A stretch of DNA of 64,000 nt from Gammaproteobacteria bacterium (GTDB taxonomy: Bacteria; Pseudomonadota; Gammaproteobacteria; Eutrophobiales; Eutrophobiaceae), in the NCBI GenBank assembly GCA_965215365.1, contig CBDCDS010000003.1:448001-512000 (forward strand), written 5' to 3'. Under the pieces are notes generated by a model. The model saw nothing but the letters and a program-made list of their open reading frames with translations. It had not been told where the DNA came from and did not search any database. Below are positions 37,949 to 48,156 of this stretch, piece after piece; the first letter of the stretch is position 1, and the number at the start of each line of letters is the position of its first letter. The position numbers and the translations under genes were made by a program.

Positions 37949-40324
37949 TTAATCCATGGGACGACACAGCCCGTATCCCTTGAACCGTCCGGCCCCGATA
38001 ATCACCGGCCCGTTCACGGGTTCGTCAAATACGATGAGCGCATGGCTATGGCTTTGTTTCCCATTATCTTTTTTACGAATCAACTTCGGATAGTCCCTGG
38101 CGTGGGGGACGCCCTCTACCATAGAAACGGAAGACAGCACTACTTCACGAGGCTCCAGCAATCCTGTATGTCTGCAAGCGTCTTTTACGCTGTCCGCTGC
38201 CTGTTCCCATTTATCTTTCCCATCAAAATGTCTGTTCAGGGCTACCGGCGTTACGCTTGCCCAGACTCGAGAGGGCCTAGTCCAGGTGCGCGCACGAAGA
38301 TTCTGCGGCGGGCGCTCTCGGGTTTCCAGTTCGAGGCTGCACTCAAACCATTGGCCGTCAAATAGGGTATGTTGGCGCGGCAGACCTGTAGCAGGGTCAT
38401 ACAGAAAAGTCTCAAGAGAGTGTCTGGCTGCTTGCGGGTCCAGGTTTACGGGCAAGACCAAGCCCAAACCCATAATTCGTCCTTCCGCGTGTTCGGCACC
38501 AACAAAAGGCAGTGGAATCAGTGCAGTGTGCGGCGTCTTAGAAGGTGATCCGTCTGTGCGATGACCACTGAACCACTCCGGTGGTGGCTGGTCAGAGCAA
38601 CAGACCATGAGCAGGCCGCGCAGGGCCATGGTAAGTTTAAGAGTTGCCGGTAGTGAGACGCGTTTGCCTCTTATGCTCAAGACGATAAAGCGAGGATCGA
38701 AGACGGAACCCTGCGTTATTGTGGATGATGGCTCACCCTGAGATTTGCTGTAACCCTGCCAGCGCCCCGGTCCGGGACGCTGTGTTACAGGCCGTTGCCC
38801 GCTGGGGAATCGTTCTTGCAAACGGTTCTCAAGCTGTTTTATGTGCTGTTTTTGCTCGCGAGGGCTTCGCCCACCACTTGCGCCATTTCCTGTTTGCTTT
38901 GCTGCAGCAATTCGATTTCGTATGGTGTCAATATCCGGGGAGCGACTGAGGTACCGAGCCTCCGATTGAGTAAGGCAGTCGAAGGCATGGCCGAAGTGCT
39001 CTCGCCACCATTTTTCAAGGATTGATCCGTGTCGTTGTTTAAGTTCATGTAATTGCTCCTGTGAAGGCGTTAATACAGCGGAGTAAGGCTTGCCGGTAAG
39101 TGCTACAGCGCCTATAACTTTTCCGCCCTTTTTCTCAACCCAACCACGCAAATTTGCCAGTGTTCCGCCTTGGCCTATGAAGTCATCCACCATGATATAT
39201 TCACATGCATGGTTGAGTTCACCAGTAAAGTTGGCCTGACGGCTAAGACGTCCATAACCATCTGCGCCTGTGTGTGATACCACATTTGCTTGTACCACAT
39301 TTGCTTCGTATTCTACTCCGAGTCTCTCACTTAGCAATCTTGCCAGGGCGATTGGAATCGCATTGATGCCCTCTCGTTCACGGGAATGCGCACTGACCAG
39401 CACTGGCTTGCCGTTATTACAGAATTCTGAAACCAGCATTTCTACTGATGCAATGCCATTATCATCAACCAAGTCGTTGACAAGATTAGTTGCAGCAACG
39501 GCATCTCCTGTTTTGGCATCGTGATACTCCGGGTGCTGCTTGGTTTGAGACTCGCCAGCTAATATGACTACGTCCGGAAAATCTCCCCAGGCGACCCTGG
39601 GCGGATGCTTCATAGACTTAAGGTCTGCTTTTGCTCGCGCTATTTCATTATCCAGATCATGGTAGGCAAACCATTCACTCTGGTTGCATGACTGAGCAAG
39701 TTGGGCGAGTCTGCCCTCGAAGGGAACGCGTAATCGGCGTTCGGCAATTTTATCGGTCGGTATCCAATGTGCCCTTATCTCAGCATCATTTTCCAGCCAC
39801 ACTTGTGTAAAAGAGGCGGAGTGTCCTATGTGAGTGACTTTTGCAGCTAGTTGCTTTAATGCCGCGTAATTTGAGAGCAACGACTCCGTATCGTTCCAGA
39901 TAAGGCGCACTGTGGGGTCTTGAGGGATAGCCACCGGAAAGCCACGAGGTTGTCGCGGCCTGTATTCCGGCAACAGAACCAGACCATCTTCCTTGAGTTT
40001 CTCCACAAATTCCTTTGGGGACAGCTTTTTCAAGCTGCTGGAGGCCGTTACTGTTTTTTTGCGTTCCCGGTCGTTAACCGGTACGTAACTGACTACATTG
40101 GAGCGGGTTGTATAATCCGAGGCGGCAATGGCAGGCGGAGGCAAACTTTCCAACCAACGCAGAGCCTCACCCTCAGCCGGGTCTTCACCGGTTTCGAACC
40201 AAGCTGCCGCCAATGCCATGAATACCCGGTCTGGATGTGGTGGCCACTCGGCCTGCTCTTTGCTGGCGCCATCGGCAGCAGCCATCGACCACCCGTTAAG
40301 GTAGTGGATGCCAAGGGCGAACAT
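37949..40324 (-). CDS. csb2: Csb2 (Cas5/Cas6 fusion) with an inserted phosphoribosyltransferase domain
   Basis: EWPPHPDRVFMALAA at the N-terminus, WASVTP and GPVIIGAGRFKGYGLCRP at the C-terminus, central IMVDDFIGQGGTL. Confidence 0.9.
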   Translation of the reverse strand: MFALGIHYLNGWSMAAADGASKEQAEWPPHPDRVFMALAAAWFETGEDPAEGEALRWLESLPPPAIAASDYTTRSNVVSYVPVNDRERKKTVTASSSLKKLSPKEFVEKLKEDGLVLLPEYRPRQPRGFPVAIPQDPTVRLIWNDTESLLSNYAALKQLAAKVTHIGHSASFTQVWLENDAEIRAHWIPTDKIAERRLRVPFEGRLAQLAQSCNQSEWFAYHDLDNEIARAKADLKSMKHPPRVAWGDFPDVVILAGESQTKQHPEYHDAKTGDAVAATNLVNDLVDDNGIASVEMLVSEFCNNGKPVLVSAHSREREGINAIPIALARLLSERLGVEYEANVVQANVVSHTGADGYGRLSRQANFTGELNHACEYIMVDDFIGQGGTLANLRGWVEKKGGKVIGAVALTGKPYSAVLTPSQEQLHELKQRHGSILEKWWREHFGHAFDCLTQSEARYLSRSPDIDTIRNRIAAAKQTGNGASGGRSPREQKQHIKQLENRLQERFPSGQRPVTQRPGPGRWQGYSKSQGEPSSTITQGSVFDPRFIVLSIRGKRVSLPATLKLTMALRGLLMVCCSDQPPPEWFSGHRTDGSPSKTPHTALIPLPFVGAEHAEGRIMGLGLVLPVNLDPQAARHSLETFLYDPATGLPRQHTLFDGQWFECSLELETRERPPQNLRARTWTRPSRVWASVTPVALNRHFDGKDKWEQAADSVKDACRHTGLLEPREVVLSSVSMVEGVPHARDYPKLIRKKDNGKQSHSHALIVFDEPVNGPVIIGAGRFKGYGLCRPMD
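38839..39048 (-). CDS. Putative nested small protein overlapping the PRTase insert out of frame
   Basis: AGGAG about 8 nt before the ATG, helical RILTPYEIELLQQSKQEM. Confidence 0.35.
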   Translation of the reverse strand: MNLNNDTDQSLKNGGESTSAMPSTALLNRRLGTSVAPRILTPYEIELLQQSKQEMAQVVGEALASKNST

Positions 40325-40329
40325 GAGGT

Positions 40330-41550
40330 TTAGTCGGTTCCCTGAGCGCTTGCCAGCTTCTGACTACGCCGAACCAGTTCTACCAGCTCAGATGCCGGTG
40401 TCAATTCGATTTCTCCCTCCCATGGGAGACCAGCAGCTTTAGCTTCGACAATAGCCGCCTGCAGAAGATTAAGAGCGTCATCCGTGCCCAATTCATATTC
40501 TTGGGGAGTTTCTCCCGGACGATCGAGCAATTCCCAAACTGGCCCTTGTTCTGCAAATAACTGGCAGCGGGAACGAAGGTCAGTATCGACCCGCGCTAAA
40601 CTGCCTGCAGCCAGACCTAAGGCAGCCAAGGTAGTGCGGGCTGCCAAGTTTATCCCATGGCTGGAGTCCGCCGCATCGTTAACGGGAAAGCGCAGGCGGC
40701 GCAAGACCGCCAAGGATAAGGTCGTTGTCTGTTTTGCTTTTGTTATGGTAAATCCACCTCCATCGTCAGAAATGCTTGGGCGGATATTTCCGTGGTTTAC
40801 TTCTGATGGCTTTCCATCTTTACCTAGCTTTTTGGGCTTGGATTTTTCGGTTTTGCCAGCCCCATCTTCCAGAGTCCAATGCGGGGCATCGGTTACCGCA
40901 ATTCCTCGCGGGTACAGTGGCCCTGCGTCAAGCCGGATTTGAGCCGGGTCAAGACGACTGGATGTTTTCTTTCCCGAAATGGCATCATACCCCACAATTT
41001 CAGATACGATCGCCCTCTGAAATTTACATCCGAGCCCGCCGCGTGGCCCTGTCGAATCCCACAGCCCGAACACCAGAGCAGTAGGACAAAGTCCGAATAA
41101 ACCGGTGGCATCGCGTATATCCGCCGTGTCAAGCAGCCTGCCCCTATCTGACTTGCGAAAAATGGTGCCGTCCAGAAGGCTGTCGCGAAATAACGCGTCC
41201 GCTATGCGATGCGGCGCTTCGAGGCTGGTAACTGTGAATTTCTTGTCCAAATCCGGGTCAACAAAACGGGCAATCAGCAATGGAAGCTTTACTTTGCCGG
41301 TGCGATGAGCCTCAAGCAGGGCCAACTCCATACGGTTAGCCTGCGATTGCACTGAATCCAGCAGCACGCACTTTTTAACCTCCCCGGTTTCCGGGTCGAT
41401 ACGTTCTTCGGTTGCGTACTTTCCGCCCTCATAAGTCGGCGGAAAAACCTTGTCGCCCACACCCCCCGCGGGTTGATAGTCAGTTACACAACGAAATGCT
41501 GCAGCGTTTCCACTTACTGCCCCTTTCAAAGTTTCCAAGGTGATTTTCAC
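40330..41550 (-). CDS. csb1: Type I-G Cas7 (Csb1)
   Basis: QPAGG..KVFPPTY, LLDSVQSQANRME, PHRIADA, PTALVFGLWDS. Confidence 0.93.
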   Translation of the reverse strand: MKITLETLKGAVSGNAAAFRCVTDYQPAGGVGDKVFPPTYEGGKYATEERIDPETGEVKKCVLLDSVQSQANRMELALLEAHRTGKVKLPLLIARFVDPDLDKKFTVTSLEAPHRIADALFRDSLLDGTIFRKSDRGRLLDTADIRDATGLFGLCPTALVFGLWDSTGPRGGLGCKFQRAIVSEIVGYDAISGKKTSSRLDPAQIRLDAGPLYPRGIAVTDAPHWTLEDGAGKTEKSKPKKLGKDGKPSEVNHGNIRPSISDDGGGFTITKAKQTTTLSLAVLRRLRFPVNDAADSSHGINLAARTTLAALGLAAGSLARVDTDLRSRCQLFAEQGPVWELLDRPGETPQEYELGTDDALNLLQAAIVEAKAAGLPWEGEIELTPASELVELVRRSQKLASAQGTD

Positions 41551-41735
41551 AGATATGACTCCCGATTTAATACGCAGGCACTGTAGTACGCAAACATTAT
41601 ACCACCCCCCCTGAAAATCTCTTGTAAATCAAAACGTGTTTTGGAACAGGCTGTTGTAGTGCCTTCGGGCCAACGCGCCTTCAATAAAATCAATCAGTTA
41701 GAGAAATAAACCGTCGAAGTCGGGAGATATGCGGG

Positions 41736-42503
41736 TTAAACACAGAAGTGCAGCTCGAACTCTACATCTTTCTCGGTTTGCGCCGGTCGGGTTTTCAGGT
41801 CCGGTTGTTCTAGGAAGCGCACCGTAAGGCGATGTTTGCCGCCGCTGACTTCAGGAAAACATTTCAGTGAACGTTTGGTGATGACTCTGATTAACTTGTT
41901 GGTGGCGCCGGCTTCAACTGATTGCTGAAAAAAACCGTTCTTGGCAACTTCTTTCTGCGCTCTGGCGTTATTCCTGATCATATCCAGCGCCAGCTTGACG
42001 CTCTTGTGGATGAGCGACAGGTCCTCCTGCCATGCGCGCAGGCACTGTTGCCGATCACGCAAGGGCAGATTCAGCCAGTAATGATAAGCCGGCAGGTCAA
42101 AGTTGCAGGCGCCGCCCGCCAGGGAATCTTTCTGTCTGATGGAGGTAATCAGTTCGTCATTCTCCAGCGCCGCGCCCGGTTGGTAGGCATTAGCCCGTAA
42201 ACCTGTCAGGCATTCACTCAGATCCCCGAGAATCTGTTTGAGTTTGTAGGAGTCCACGTCAGGGTTGTCTGCCAGCCCCTTCAACATGGTCTGGCAACGT
42301 TCCAGCTCCCTGAGCAGGTCGGTTTTGATGTCGGCCCACTTCAGTAATTCATTCAGGTCGATCAGCAGGGAGACGAGCAGGCGCATATCAATAGCATCCG
42401 TGGAGCCCGAATAATAGTCCAACCGGCTGAATAAATCCTCGATCCTTAACAAGGCTCTGATGCTTTCATTCAGCGGATGTTCGTAGATCAGACTATTTGT
42501 CAT
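41736..42503 (-). CDS. zapD: Cell division protein ZapD
   Basis: YEHPLNE, GGACNFDLPAYHYWL, PEVSGGKHR, follows coaE. Confidence 0.93.
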   Translation of the reverse strand: MTNSLIYEHPLNESIRALLRIEDLFSRLDYYSGSTDAIDMRLLVSLLIDLNELLKWADIKTDLLRELERCQTMLKGLADNPDVDSYKLKQILGDLSECLTGLRANAYQPGAALENDELITSIRQKDSLAGGACNFDLPAYHYWLNLPLRDRQQCLRAWQEDLSLIHKSVKLALDMIRNNARAQKEVAKNGFFQQSVEAGATNKLIRVITKRSLKCFPEVSGGKHRLTVRFLEQPDLKTRPAQTEKDVEFELHFCV

Positions 42504-42646
42504 GGTAATTCTGTCAAACGTCGAGGTCGCCTCACAAATCTGTCCGGAACAGATTTGGACATCCGCAGGATGCCCGCAGGGGGCGCCCCAAGGATGGGAC
42601 GTATCAAAAAATCAGAGAATACCCCGGACGGTTCAAATGAACCCGT

Positions 42647-43243
42647 TCAGAGGTTCCGGTATTTCTCATGCAGGCGTTCCACCTGGGTTTTCACAGTGTT
42701 AATACTACCATCGTTCACGATAATATCATGCGCGGCGTGCAGTCGCTGCTCCCGGCTGACCTGGGCGCTGATTATACTCCTGGTCTGTTGTTCCTCGGCG
42801 TGGTCCCGCAAGCCGACCCGCGCCACTTGCAGCGCCTCGGGCGCGTCCACCACCAACACGCGATCGACGGTTGTTTGGGCGCCGGTTTCCAGCAACAGCG
42901 GAATGCAAATAACACAGTAAGGATAATCTATTTGTTTTATAAATGCTTGAATTTCTTCACGTACCCGCGGATGAATAATCGCTTCTAAGCGTTTTTTCAG
43001 GGTCGGTTCGCAGAAGATCAGCTCACGTAGTCGGTGCCGGTCCAAGTTGCCCGCTTTATCCAGGCTCTGTGTACCGAACAGGGCAACCACCTCGTTGAAA
43101 GCTGCCTGACCGGGTTTTGTAATTCGATGGGAAATTTCGTCCGCGTCGATAGTGGGCACACCCAACTCGTCAAAACAGGTTTTAACGGTTGACTTGCCGC
43201 TGCCTATGCCGCCGGTCAAACCCACGCGCAACGGGGGGTTCAT
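42647..43243 (-). CDS. coaE: Dephospho-CoA kinase
   Basis: VGLTGGIGSGKST, IDAD, IIHPRV, IPLLLE. Confidence 0.95.
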   Translation of the reverse strand: MNPPLRVGLTGGIGSGKSTVKTCFDELGVPTIDADEISHRITKPGQAAFNEVVALFGTQSLDKAGNLDRHRLRELIFCEPTLKKRLEAIIHPRVREEIQAFIKQIDYPYCVICIPLLLETGAQTTVDRVLVVDAPEALQVARVGLRDHAEEQQTRSIISAQVSREQRLHAAHDIIVNDGSINTVKTQVERLHEKYRNL

Positions 43244-44115
43244 AGCGCTTTCCCTGCGATCGCGTAGAAGTGAGCCAGCGCGTCCAGCCCCCATACCAGG
43301 TTCAGCCATCCCGCCAGGGCCAAGAACGGACCGAAACATATAGGCGCAGTGCGTGGCTGGCGCCGCCGCACTACCAGATAAAGTCCCACCAGCGCGCCCG
43401 TCAGGGAGGACAGGAAAATGATGGGAATCAGTGCTTCCCAGCCGCACCAGGCGCCCAGCATGGCCAGCAACTTCATATCGCCCCGTCCCAGACCTTCCCT
43501 GCCGGCTATGAGCCGGTAAAGCTGGTAGATCAGCCACAGTATGCCATAACCTGCCACCGCGCCGATCAGAGCCGAATGCAGGTCGGTAAACAGACCGAAC
43601 CCGTTGCACAACAAGCCCAGCCAGAGTAACGGCAGAGTGATATTGTCCGGCAGCAGTTGCCGGTCAATGTCGATGAAGGTCAGGACGATGAGTGCCCAGG
43701 TGAACAGGCAGGCAAAAAACGCTTGGGGGCCGAGACCGAACCTGATTGCAACGAGCAGCGTCAGCGCCGCGCACAACAGTTCCACCAGGGGGTAGCGCAG
43801 GGAAATCCGGTTACGACAGGCGCTGCACCTGCCGCGCAGCAAGAGGTAGCTGAGCACGGGGATATTTTCCATTACCGTAAGCCGGCGCGCACAGTGCGGG
43901 CAGGTGGAACCCGGTCGCAGCAGGTTGTAGGGCTGTGTCACGACGTGCGTGGCGGCGGGCAATTGAAGAAACTCGCAACACTCCCGGCGCCAGGTTTCCT
44001 CGAGCATGCACGGCAGGCGCAGGATGACCACGTTCAGGAAGCTGCCGATGAGCAGCCCGAGGATGCCAGCGGCGCTGTAAAAGAGGGGAGGGGGAATTTG
44101 CTGTAAGGTGTTCAT
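43240..44115 (-). CDS. pilD: Prepilin peptidase / N-methyltransferase
   Basis: GSFLNVVILRLP, two CxxC motifs, GRGDMKL, FGPFLA. Confidence 0.94.
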   Translation of the reverse strand: MNTLQQIPPPLFYSAAGILGLLIGSFLNVVILRLPCMLEETWRRECCEFLQLPAATHVVTQPYNLLRPGSTCPHCARRLTVMENIPVLSYLLLRGRCSACRNRISLRYPLVELLCAALTLLVAIRFGLGPQAFFACLFTWALIVLTFIDIDRQLLPDNITLPLLWLGLLCNGFGLFTDLHSALIGAVAGYGILWLIYQLYRLIAGREGLGRGDMKLLAMLGAWCGWEALIPIIFLSSLTGALVGLYLVVRRRQPRTAPICFGPFLALAGWLNLVWGLDALAHFYAIAGKAL

Positions 44116-44138
44116 GGTAATTGTGGGGACACAATAAT

Positions 44139-44296
44139 CAGGGTGCCTCTAAAAATTAGAGGCACCCGTGCAGCATAAGGATGTGCTGCCATTTTTAAGC
44201 ACGTAAGTGCTTGAAAATGAAGGAAATGAAAAATCATACTTTTTCATTTCCGTCTCTAAAAATACCACGGAGGGTATTTTTAGAGGTCACCATTAT
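44139..44296. mobile_element. Family-B miniature element / IS-end remnants
   Basis: GGGTGCCTCTAAAAATTAGAGGCACCC palindrome. Segments shared with 52131-52165 and (inverted) with about 56141-56213. Confidence 0.6.
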
Positions 44297-44451
44297 ACAG
44301 AAAGTTGCCCTCCGGGCGACATGGCGCCTGACCGGACTCCCGCCGGCGCAGCAGTGGCTGGTACGCGGGAATAACAAGCGCCGGTCCCCACCATTCCCGC
44401 GCAAGCAGGCATCCGGCACAGCGATAGGTCGCCACACAGGCGACACCTTGT

Positions 44452-47028
44452 TTATGCGGCAGAGAAAGTCAAAGCGCCGGCTTCGGCATCCACATAAATG
44501 GTATCCGTATTATGAAATTTGCCCGCCAGCAGCTGCTTGGCCAGCGGCGTCTCCAGCTGGGTCTGCACCGCCCGTTTCAGCGGGCGGGCGCCGTACACCG
44601 GGTCATAACCGATATTTGCCAGGGTCTCTTTGGCCTGCTCCGAAAGGGTAATGTCAATATCCTGCTCAGCCAGCCGTTGTTGCAGCCGCCGCACCTGAAT
44701 ATCGGTGATGGCATTCAGGTGTGCGCGCTTGAGGGTGTGGAACACCACCAGGTCGTCTATGCGGTTGAGAAATTCCGGTCGGAAGCAGGTGGACACGATC
44801 TCCAGCACGGTAGTCTTCATGGTCTCGTAGTCGGCATCACCGGACAACTCCCTGATTTGTTCCGAACCCAGATTCGAGGTCATAATGATAACGGTATTAC
44901 GGAAGTCCACGGTGCGGCCCTGACCGTCGGTCAGGCGTCCGTCGTCCAGCGTTTGTAACAATACATTGAACACATCGGGATGGGCCTTTTCCACCTCGTC
45001 CAGCAGCACCAGACTGTACGGCCGGCGCCGTACCTGCTCGGTCAGCTGGCCGCCCTCATCATAACCAACATAGCCCGGCGGCGCCCCGAGCATTCTGGAT
45101 ACCGAGTGTTTCTCCATGTATTCGGACATGTCGATACGCACGATGGCGTCTTCACTGTCGAACAGGAAATCCGCCAGCGCCTTGCACAGTTCGGTCTTGC
45201 CCACGCCAGTCGGGCCGAGGAACAGAAACGAGCCGTTTGGCCGGTTCGGGTCGGCCAGGCCGGCGCGGGCGCGGCGGATGGCATCGGCCACGGCAACGAT
45301 CGCTTCCTCCTGTCCGACCACCCGCTGGCGTAACGCGTCCTCCATGTGCAGCAGCTTGTCCTTTTCACCCTGCAACATCTTCGCCACCGGTATCCCGGTC
45401 CATTTCGAGACAACCTCCGCAATCTCGTTTTCCGTGACCTTGTTGCGCAGCAGTTGCAGGGGTTCGGTTTCGGCTTGTTCAGCGCTTTCCAGTTGCTTCG
45501 CCAGCTCGGGAATAATGCCATACTGTAACTCCGACATGCGGTTCAGGTCGCCGCCCCGTTGCGCGGTTTCGAACTCCATGCGCGCCTGTTCCAGCCGTTC
45601 CTTGACCTCATGCGCGCCTTGCAGCGCGGCTTTCTCCGCTTTCCAGATTTCCTCCAGGTCGGCAAATTCGAGTTCAACCTGGTCGATGTCCTGCTCCAGG
45701 TCAGCCAGACGTTGTCTGGATGCATCATCGGTCTCTTTGTTCAGCGCCGCCTGTTCGATCTTCATCTGGATCAGCCGCCGTTCCAGCCGGTCCATAGCCT
45801 CCGGCTTGGAGTCGATTTCAATGCTGATACGGCTGGCGGCTTCATCGATCAGGTCGATGGCCTTGTCAGGCAGCTGCCGGTCGGTGATGTAGCGCTGCCC
45901 CAGCGTGGCTGCGGAGATAATGGCCGGGTCGGTAATCTGCACATTGTGATGCACTTCATAGCGTTCTTTCAGACCGCGCAGGATGGCGATGGTGTCATTC
46001 ACGTTCGGCTCGTCGATGAACACTTTCTGGAAGCGCCGTTCCAGCGCCGCGTCTTTTTCGATATGCTGGCGGTATTCGTCCAGGGTGGTGGCGCCGATGC
46101 AGTGCAATTCGCCCCGGGCCAGGGCCGGTTTCAGCATGTTGCCGGCGTCCATGGCGCCCTCCGCCTTGCCAGCGCCGACCATGGTGTGCACTTCGTCGAT
46201 GAACAGCACGATGCCGCCCTCCTGTTTTTTCAGGTCGCTCAGCACGGCCTTCAGGCGCTCTTCAAACTCGCCGCGAAACTTCGCCCCGGCGATGAGCGCG
46301 CCCAGGTCCAGCGCCAGCAATTGCTTGCCCTTCAGGGAATCGGGCACCTCGCCGTTGATGATGCGTTGCGCCAGCCCCTCGACAATCGCGGTCTTGCCCA
46401 CGCCGGGCTCGCCGATCAGCACCGGGTTGTTTTTCGTGCGCCGCTGCAACACCTGTATGGTGCGGCGGATTTCCTCATCGCGGCCGATCACCGGGTCCAG
46501 TTTCCCCTGCAGGGCCTGCCCGGTTAAATCAATGGTGAATTTGCCTAGCGCACCGCGGTTATGTTCGCTGTTCGGGTCGTTCACCTGCTCGCCACCGCGC
46601 ACCTTGTCTATGGCAGCCTCTATCTTGCGTTTTTCCGCGCCGCATTCCCGTAACAGCCGGCCCAGTTCGGATTTATCGTCCGCCGCCGCCAGCGAGAACA
46701 GTTCGCTGGAAATATATTGATCCTGGCGCTGTTGCGCGAATTTATCGCTGAGGTTGAGCAACCGCTCCAGCTCCTTGGACAAGTACACCTCGCCATCGTG
46801 ACCCTGGATCTGCGGCAGGTTCTCCAACGCCCGCCCGAGCCCCTGATGCAAGCGCGCAACATCCACCCCGGCCAGCCCCAGCAAATGGGTGGTGGCGCCA
46901 CCTTCCTGATCCAGCAACGCCGCCATCAGGTGCAGCGGCTCGATAAACTGATTATCACGCCCCAGTGCCAGACTCTGCGCCTGCCCCAGGGCCTGCTGGA
47001 ATTTGCTGGTCAGTTTGTCTACACGCAT
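44452..47028 (-). CDS. clpB: ATP-dependent chaperone ClpB
   Basis: Two AAA modules ([16 protein letters not shown]), middle coiled coil. Confidence 0.97.
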   Translation of the reverse strand: MRVDKLTSKFQQALGQAQSLALGRDNQFIEPLHLMAALLDQEGGATTHLLGLAGVDVARLHQGLGRALENLPQIQGHDGEVYLSKELERLLNLSDKFAQQRQDQYISSELFSLAAADDKSELGRLLRECGAEKRKIEAAIDKVRGGEQVNDPNSEHNRGALGKFTIDLTGQALQGKLDPVIGRDEEIRRTIQVLQRRTKNNPVLIGEPGVGKTAIVEGLAQRIINGEVPDSLKGKQLLALDLGALIAGAKFRGEFEERLKAVLSDLKKQEGGIVLFIDEVHTMVGAGKAEGAMDAGNMLKPALARGELHCIGATTLDEYRQHIEKDAALERRFQKVFIDEPNVNDTIAILRGLKERYEVHHNVQITDPAIISAATLGQRYITDRQLPDKAIDLIDEAASRISIEIDSKPEAMDRLERRLIQMKIEQAALNKETDDASRQRLADLEQDIDQVELEFADLEEIWKAEKAALQGAHEVKERLEQARMEFETAQRGGDLNRMSELQYGIIPELAKQLESAEQAETEPLQLLRNKVTENEIAEVVSKWTGIPVAKMLQGEKDKLLHMEDALRQRVVGQEEAIVAVADAIRRARAGLADPNRPNGSFLFLGPTGVGKTELCKALADFLFDSEDAIVRIDMSEYMEKHSVSRMLGAPPGYVGYDEGGQLTEQVRRRPYSLVLLDEVEKAHPDVFNVLLQTLDDGRLTDGQGRTVDFRNTVIIMTSNLGSEQIRELSGDADYETMKTTVLEIVSTCFRPEFLNRIDDLVVFHTLKRAHLNAITDIQVRRLQQRLAEQDIDITLSEQAKETLANIGYDPVYGARPLKRAVQTQLETPLAKQLLAGKFHNTDTIYVDAEAGALTFSAA

Positions 47029-47188
47029 CAATAAACTCCGGTAGTGTGTGACCTTATAAGGTATGGTCAATCAAAGCCGATTCAAGGATATCCAGAATAA
47101 TAGCTGACATAACAGGAACTCATAACCCGTATTCGTAATTCATCCCAGTCATTGAACTTCGGCTGTTTTTTTCCTGATAATCTCAGGA

Positions 47189-48097
47189 ATGAACGAAGTG
47201 ATTTCAGACAGTGCTATTGATAGACGGAATTGTTGGGTTAGAGAGTTGGCCGATCTCAGCGGTGATTTTGTCTCTGATTCTTCACAGGTTGAAGACAGAC
47301 TGTTGAGCGAAATTGAGAAGGAAGGCGCGCCTGCGTTGATTGATCACCTCCGTCTATGCTCTGCTATTCCTGAATCATACGGCATTAATTCCAGTGAAGA
47401 AAAGCTGTACTCAAAATACACTGATGCGATCTTATCTGCCAGTTATTCCCATATTGGACTGAACAGCACAGTATTGACCGAAAGAAGCGACTCGGCTGAC
47501 GTGGAAGCGGTAGCACAGGACTATAGTTTTATCGCGGACGCAAAGGCTTTCAGACTCAGTCGAACAGCAAAGAATCAGAAGGATTTCAAAGTTCAAGCTA
47601 TGGATAACTGGAAGCGAGGAAAGCCGTTTGCCATGATTGTTTGTCTACTTTATCAACTCCCAGTGCGCAACAGTCAGATTTATTCACAGGCGGTAGCCAG
47701 GAATGTCTGCATTTTTTCATATTCCCACCTGGCAGTTTTGTCCGGCTTCGCTGATAGTAACGGTGATGCTGTTGGCCTTTTGCACGAGGTTTTCAAAACC
47801 ATCCAAGCCATGAATCCCTCAAAAGACGCAAGCGTCTATTGGCAGGCCGTAAATCGTACCATGCACAGGTATGGAGGCATTATAAGCGGACTATGGCGGG
47901 ATGAGAAGATAGCGACACTGGAAAGCATTGACATCGCGAAAGATGCAGCCATGCAGTATTACGCGTCACAGCGTGAGCAGATTCTGAAGCTTAGCCATAA
48001 ACAGGCGATTGGTCAGCTGATCAAGATGAGCAAGATAGACAGCCGGATAGAGATCATCAAGTCCATAACGGGCAACTCAATAATGGAGTTGTCCTAA
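47189..48097 (+). CDS. HindIII-family type II restriction endonuclease
   Basis: SSEEKLYSKYTD, ERSDSADV, ADAKAFRLSRTAKNQKDFKV. Confidence 0.88.
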   Translation: MNEVISDSAIDRRNCWVRELADLSGDFVSDSSQVEDRLLSEIEKEGAPALIDHLRLCSAIPESYGINSSEEKLYSKYTDAILSASYSHIGLNSTVLTERSDSADVEAVAQDYSFIADAKAFRLSRTAKNQKDFKVQAMDNWKRGKPFAMIVCLLYQLPVRNSQIYSQAVARNVCIFSYSHLAVLSGFADSNGDAVGLLHEVFKTIQAMNPSKDASVYWQAVNRTMHRYGGIISGLWRDEKIATLESIDIAKDAAMQYYASQREQILKLSHKQAIGQLIKMSKIDSRIEIIKSITGNSIMELS

Positions 48098-48156
48098 CCC
48101 GCAGACAGAACCAATCCGGCGCGATCTTCGCATCACCGGGTGAGATATGCGGGCTA
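48095..48156. mobile_element. MITE family A short copy whose ends overlap both the R and M stop codons
   Basis: TAACCCGCAGA...GGTGAGATATGCGGGCTA. Confidence 0.75.

Noticed and set aside
38900-39600. Csb2 insert as an intein or homing endonuclease
   Set aside because: I see no C/S...HN splice motifs or LAGLIDADG/HNH motifs. A PRTase motif is present instead.
29788-41550. CRISPR-associated transposon (CAST)
   Set aside because: There are no tnsA/B/C/tniQ genes, Cas3 is intact, and the IS481 is about 8 kb away beyond core genes.
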